Source of the DNA: a virus
Virus record (IMG/VR): IMGVR_UViG_3300047471_000162
Location: 1 to 64,000 of that record
DNA length: 64,000 bases
Strand: one strand, 5' to 3'
Below are positions 63,248-64,000 of the stretch, piece by piece. Made by a program: the position numbers and the translations under genes. Position 1 is the first letter of the stretch, and each line of letters opens with the position of its first letter. Below the pieces are notes generated by a model that did not search any database, had not been told where the DNA came from, and was given only the letters and a program-made list of their open reading frames with translations.

Positions 63248-64000
63248 ATGATGCAGGACTACACCAAGGATCTGACTATTCTTGTGGCGGGTACTGGCAG
63301 GACCAGTGTCAAGAATCTTGAAGCGAACATGCTTGATTTTATCTTTGGTCCTGCACCCTCTGAGGGTGAGGAGGAGCTTGAGCGTGATGTTGTAATTATT
63401 GTGCCTGAGTCATCTGATATTCCTGCTGGTATTTCTACACTCCTTCAGTGGGGTGAGGAGCATGGTATGGAGTTCTCCCTTATTCAGGGAGAGGACGATC
63501 GAGAAGCTATGGAAAAGGCATTCGAAGAGATTGCCATTGCTCATGGTTCTGGTCGTGAGACTGCTATGGTTATGCTCTATGATCCCAGTAGCAAGTATGA
63601 GAAGGGTAGCAATGATCTTTCTGACCGAGAGATCATTGGGGATGCTAAAAACCATGCTTGGCTCAAGACGTATAATCTCTGCGAAGGACTCATTGATTCC
63701 TTTGATGGTTTCGAGACCACTGATGAGCGGCTGAAGCGTGAGCGCCTTCAGAAAGAGTACGATGCTGAGTTGAAGCGCAAGGAAGCAGAGGACAAGCCTG
63801 TCAAGAAGGCAGTAGCTAAGAAGGCTACAGTGCCCCGTAAGCAGGCTGCCAGCAAGGCAGTGGCAGCAGTAGACAAGCCTCTCACGGAAGAGGCTCAGAA
63901 GCCCCTTGTAGCCCCTCTAGAGACTGCTTGTGTTCATTACTTCTTGCGGGGAGATGAGCAGAAGGATACTGATCCGCTAATCTGTAAGAACTGTGGAGAA
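63248..64000 (+). CDS. Hypothetical protein (partial, runs off window end)
   Basis: AGGAG RBS; MMQDYTKDLTILVAGTG... open to the end of the window. Confidence 0.75.
   Translation, partial: MMQDYTKDLTILVAGTGRTSVKNLEANMLDFIFGPAPSEGEEELERDVVIIVPESSDIPAGISTLLQWGEEHGMEFSLIQGEDDREAMEKAFEEIAIAHGSGRETAMVMLYDPSSKYEKGSNDLSDREIIGDAKNHAWLKTYNLCEGLIDSFDGFETTDERLKRERLQKEYDAELKRKEAEDKPVKKAVAKKATVPRKQAASKAVAAVDKPLTEEAQKPLVAPLETACVHYFLRGDEQKDTDPLICKNCGE

Overview
This window is about 64 kb of a large contractile-tailed (myovirus-type) actinobacteriophage. The host is most likely Streptomyces, which I infer from an FxSxx-COOH peptide, an RNase AS-like exonuclease and a bldA-type tRNA-Leu(UAA). Layout: (i) 1-2.7 kb is a visibly GC-richer block of small leftward genes separated by fixed-length repeated spacers; (ii) about 2.8-3.5 kb is non-coding; (iii) 4-7.2 kb is a leftward RNA/nucleotide-metabolism cluster (RF-like/HIT fusion, RNase AS-like, HAD-SAK, HNH); (iv) 8.4-21.5 kb is a tRNA island with about 30 tRNAs covering all 20 amino acids, several atypical tRNA-like and other structured RNAs, an endolysin, HNH endonucleases, a VWA protein and a Ro60/TROVE gene; (v) 22-26 kb holds accessory genes; (vi) 26-62.8 kb encodes terminase, portal, scaffold, major capsid, head-tail, sheath, tube, tape measure, baseplate and fibre proteins. 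The most notable observations are four tandem Y-RNA-like units with a constant scaffold and variable cargo directly upstream of Ro60, a roughly 79-nt tmRNA tRNA-like domain lacking its mRNA domain, a GGQ-less release-factor domain fused to a HIT hydrolase, and an orphan FxSxx-COOH RiPP precursor. All calls come from reading motifs and base-pairing by eye; no database searches were run.
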